From Octopus bimaculoides (taxonomy: Eukaryota): a stretch of DNA of 64,000 bases. The stretch covers positions 42,271,523 to 42,335,522 of the forward strand of contig NC_068991.1 of NCBI RefSeq assembly GCF_001194135.2. Reading direction: 5' to 3'. Of the stretch, positions 62,901 to 64,000 are shown piece after piece. Position 1 is the stretch's first letter; each line of letters begins with the position of its first letter. A model generated the notes under the pieces. It ran no database searches and had not been told where the DNA came from. It saw only the letters and a program-made list of their open reading frames with translations. A program made the translations under genes and the position numbers.

Positions 62901-64000
62901 CCAGGTGGCACTTTTAATAGGGTGGTACTTTTGGGTCTGTTGTAGGAAATATGTGGTTTTTTCTGAGGTCATGGGGGCAGCAAACGGAAGGGAAGCACCA
63001 AGTAGCACACACTCTATCTATGCTAGTGATTGTATCATCATCATCATTGTTTAACGTTCGTTTTCCTTGCTAGCATGGGTTGGATGATTTGACTGAGGAC
63101 TGGTGGACCAGGAGACGACACCATGCTCCAATCTGATGTGGCAGAGTTTATGTAGTTAGATTCTCAGTCACACCCACAGACATATGCATAAATATGTAAA
63201 ATTAATGACAATAAGACAATTTCTGTTTAACAAAGTTTTTCTGAAAATTTATTTGAATATTAACCTATTATTTTACCAAGTAAATTATTGGTATTTTAAA
63301 TCAATAAAATACCTTACAAATGTTACAAGAAATTCATTTTAAGTGGAAGCAGCAGGTTTTTCTTCTCAGAAAATGGATTTTGTCCACTGACTTCACTCAT
63401 ACCACTACTGTAGACCCACACACTTCTTTCTTCTTACTGTTTAGTGCTCCCACTAAATCCTCTCAATGCATATTTTTCTCTTTCATGTTAAACGCTTTCC
63501 CGAATACCTATTTTTTATTCTAAGACCAGCATCTATCAGGATCTAAGTCATCGTCCATTGTTTATGTTCTGGAGCAACTAGCATACTGAAAACTGAAAAT
63601 AACCTCACTAATCTCATCCTCCAGTTTAAACAGTCTTGAAAGTGACAAATGCAGCTTGTTTTACCATTATCTCCTCCTCCTTCTCTTTCCCTATGAACTG
63701 ACTTCTATATAATTGTTCAACCTGCAAATCTCCTACAAATCACACTTCATTCTGTTATATAAAGTCTTATATAATGTAGTCTTAGATATCCTTAAAAAGG
63801 TCAGGTGGTGATAAATGTTTGATCAGGTGTTTTCATGTTTGATCTGGGCTAACAATAACTCCTCTCTCCATAAACTAATAAACTTTAAAAAATCACCCAC
63901 TTAGTGGAAATGTTCAATCTATCAAAATTTATTAAAATATTTATTTACTTTCCTCTTTTTTTTTTTTTTTCAAACATTTTTAATTAAGATTTTGAGAGAT

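Noticed and set aside
63370-63412. ag|AAATGGATTT (NGF) resembling BROX RENGF
   Set aside because: Continues CPLTSLIPLL* with no further similarity, and the preceding BROX exon (KEY...GPG) was not found.

Overview
AT-rich, repeat-dense animal genomic DNA with several N gaps. It is most likely an octopus (inferred from the tRNA-derived SINE families, (GAT)n-tailed RTE LINEs and microsatellite load). Two spliced protein-coding genes lie head-to-head and both run out of the window. GDPGP1 (GDP-D-glucose phosphorylase 1) is on the minus strand: 5 coding exons, ATG at 16446, 167 codons recovered, with the HIT-motif exons lying left of base 1. BROX (BRO1-domain protein) is on the plus strand: 8 coding exons, ATG at 31392, 278 codons recovered, with the 3' exons beyond the window. 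All exon joins are GT-AG and phase-compatible. A CpG-richer stretch at about 24.8-27.6 kb between the two genes looks like a shared promoter. The rest is intronic or intergenic: RTE, Penelope and R2/R4-like retroelement relics, mariner relics, MITEs, SINEs, and mini- and microsatellites. The most interesting signals are (1) a Penelope insertion whose terminal repeat carries an intact minimal hammerhead-ribozyme motif behind a tRNA-like head, plus several more hammerhead-like relics; (2) an unusual density of long near-perfect inverted repeats in introns, which are candidate dsRNA/ADAR substrates; (3) a locally duplicated SINE whose two copies differ mainly by CpG decay, which marks the unmethylated promoter. 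All alignments were done by eye; no database search was run.
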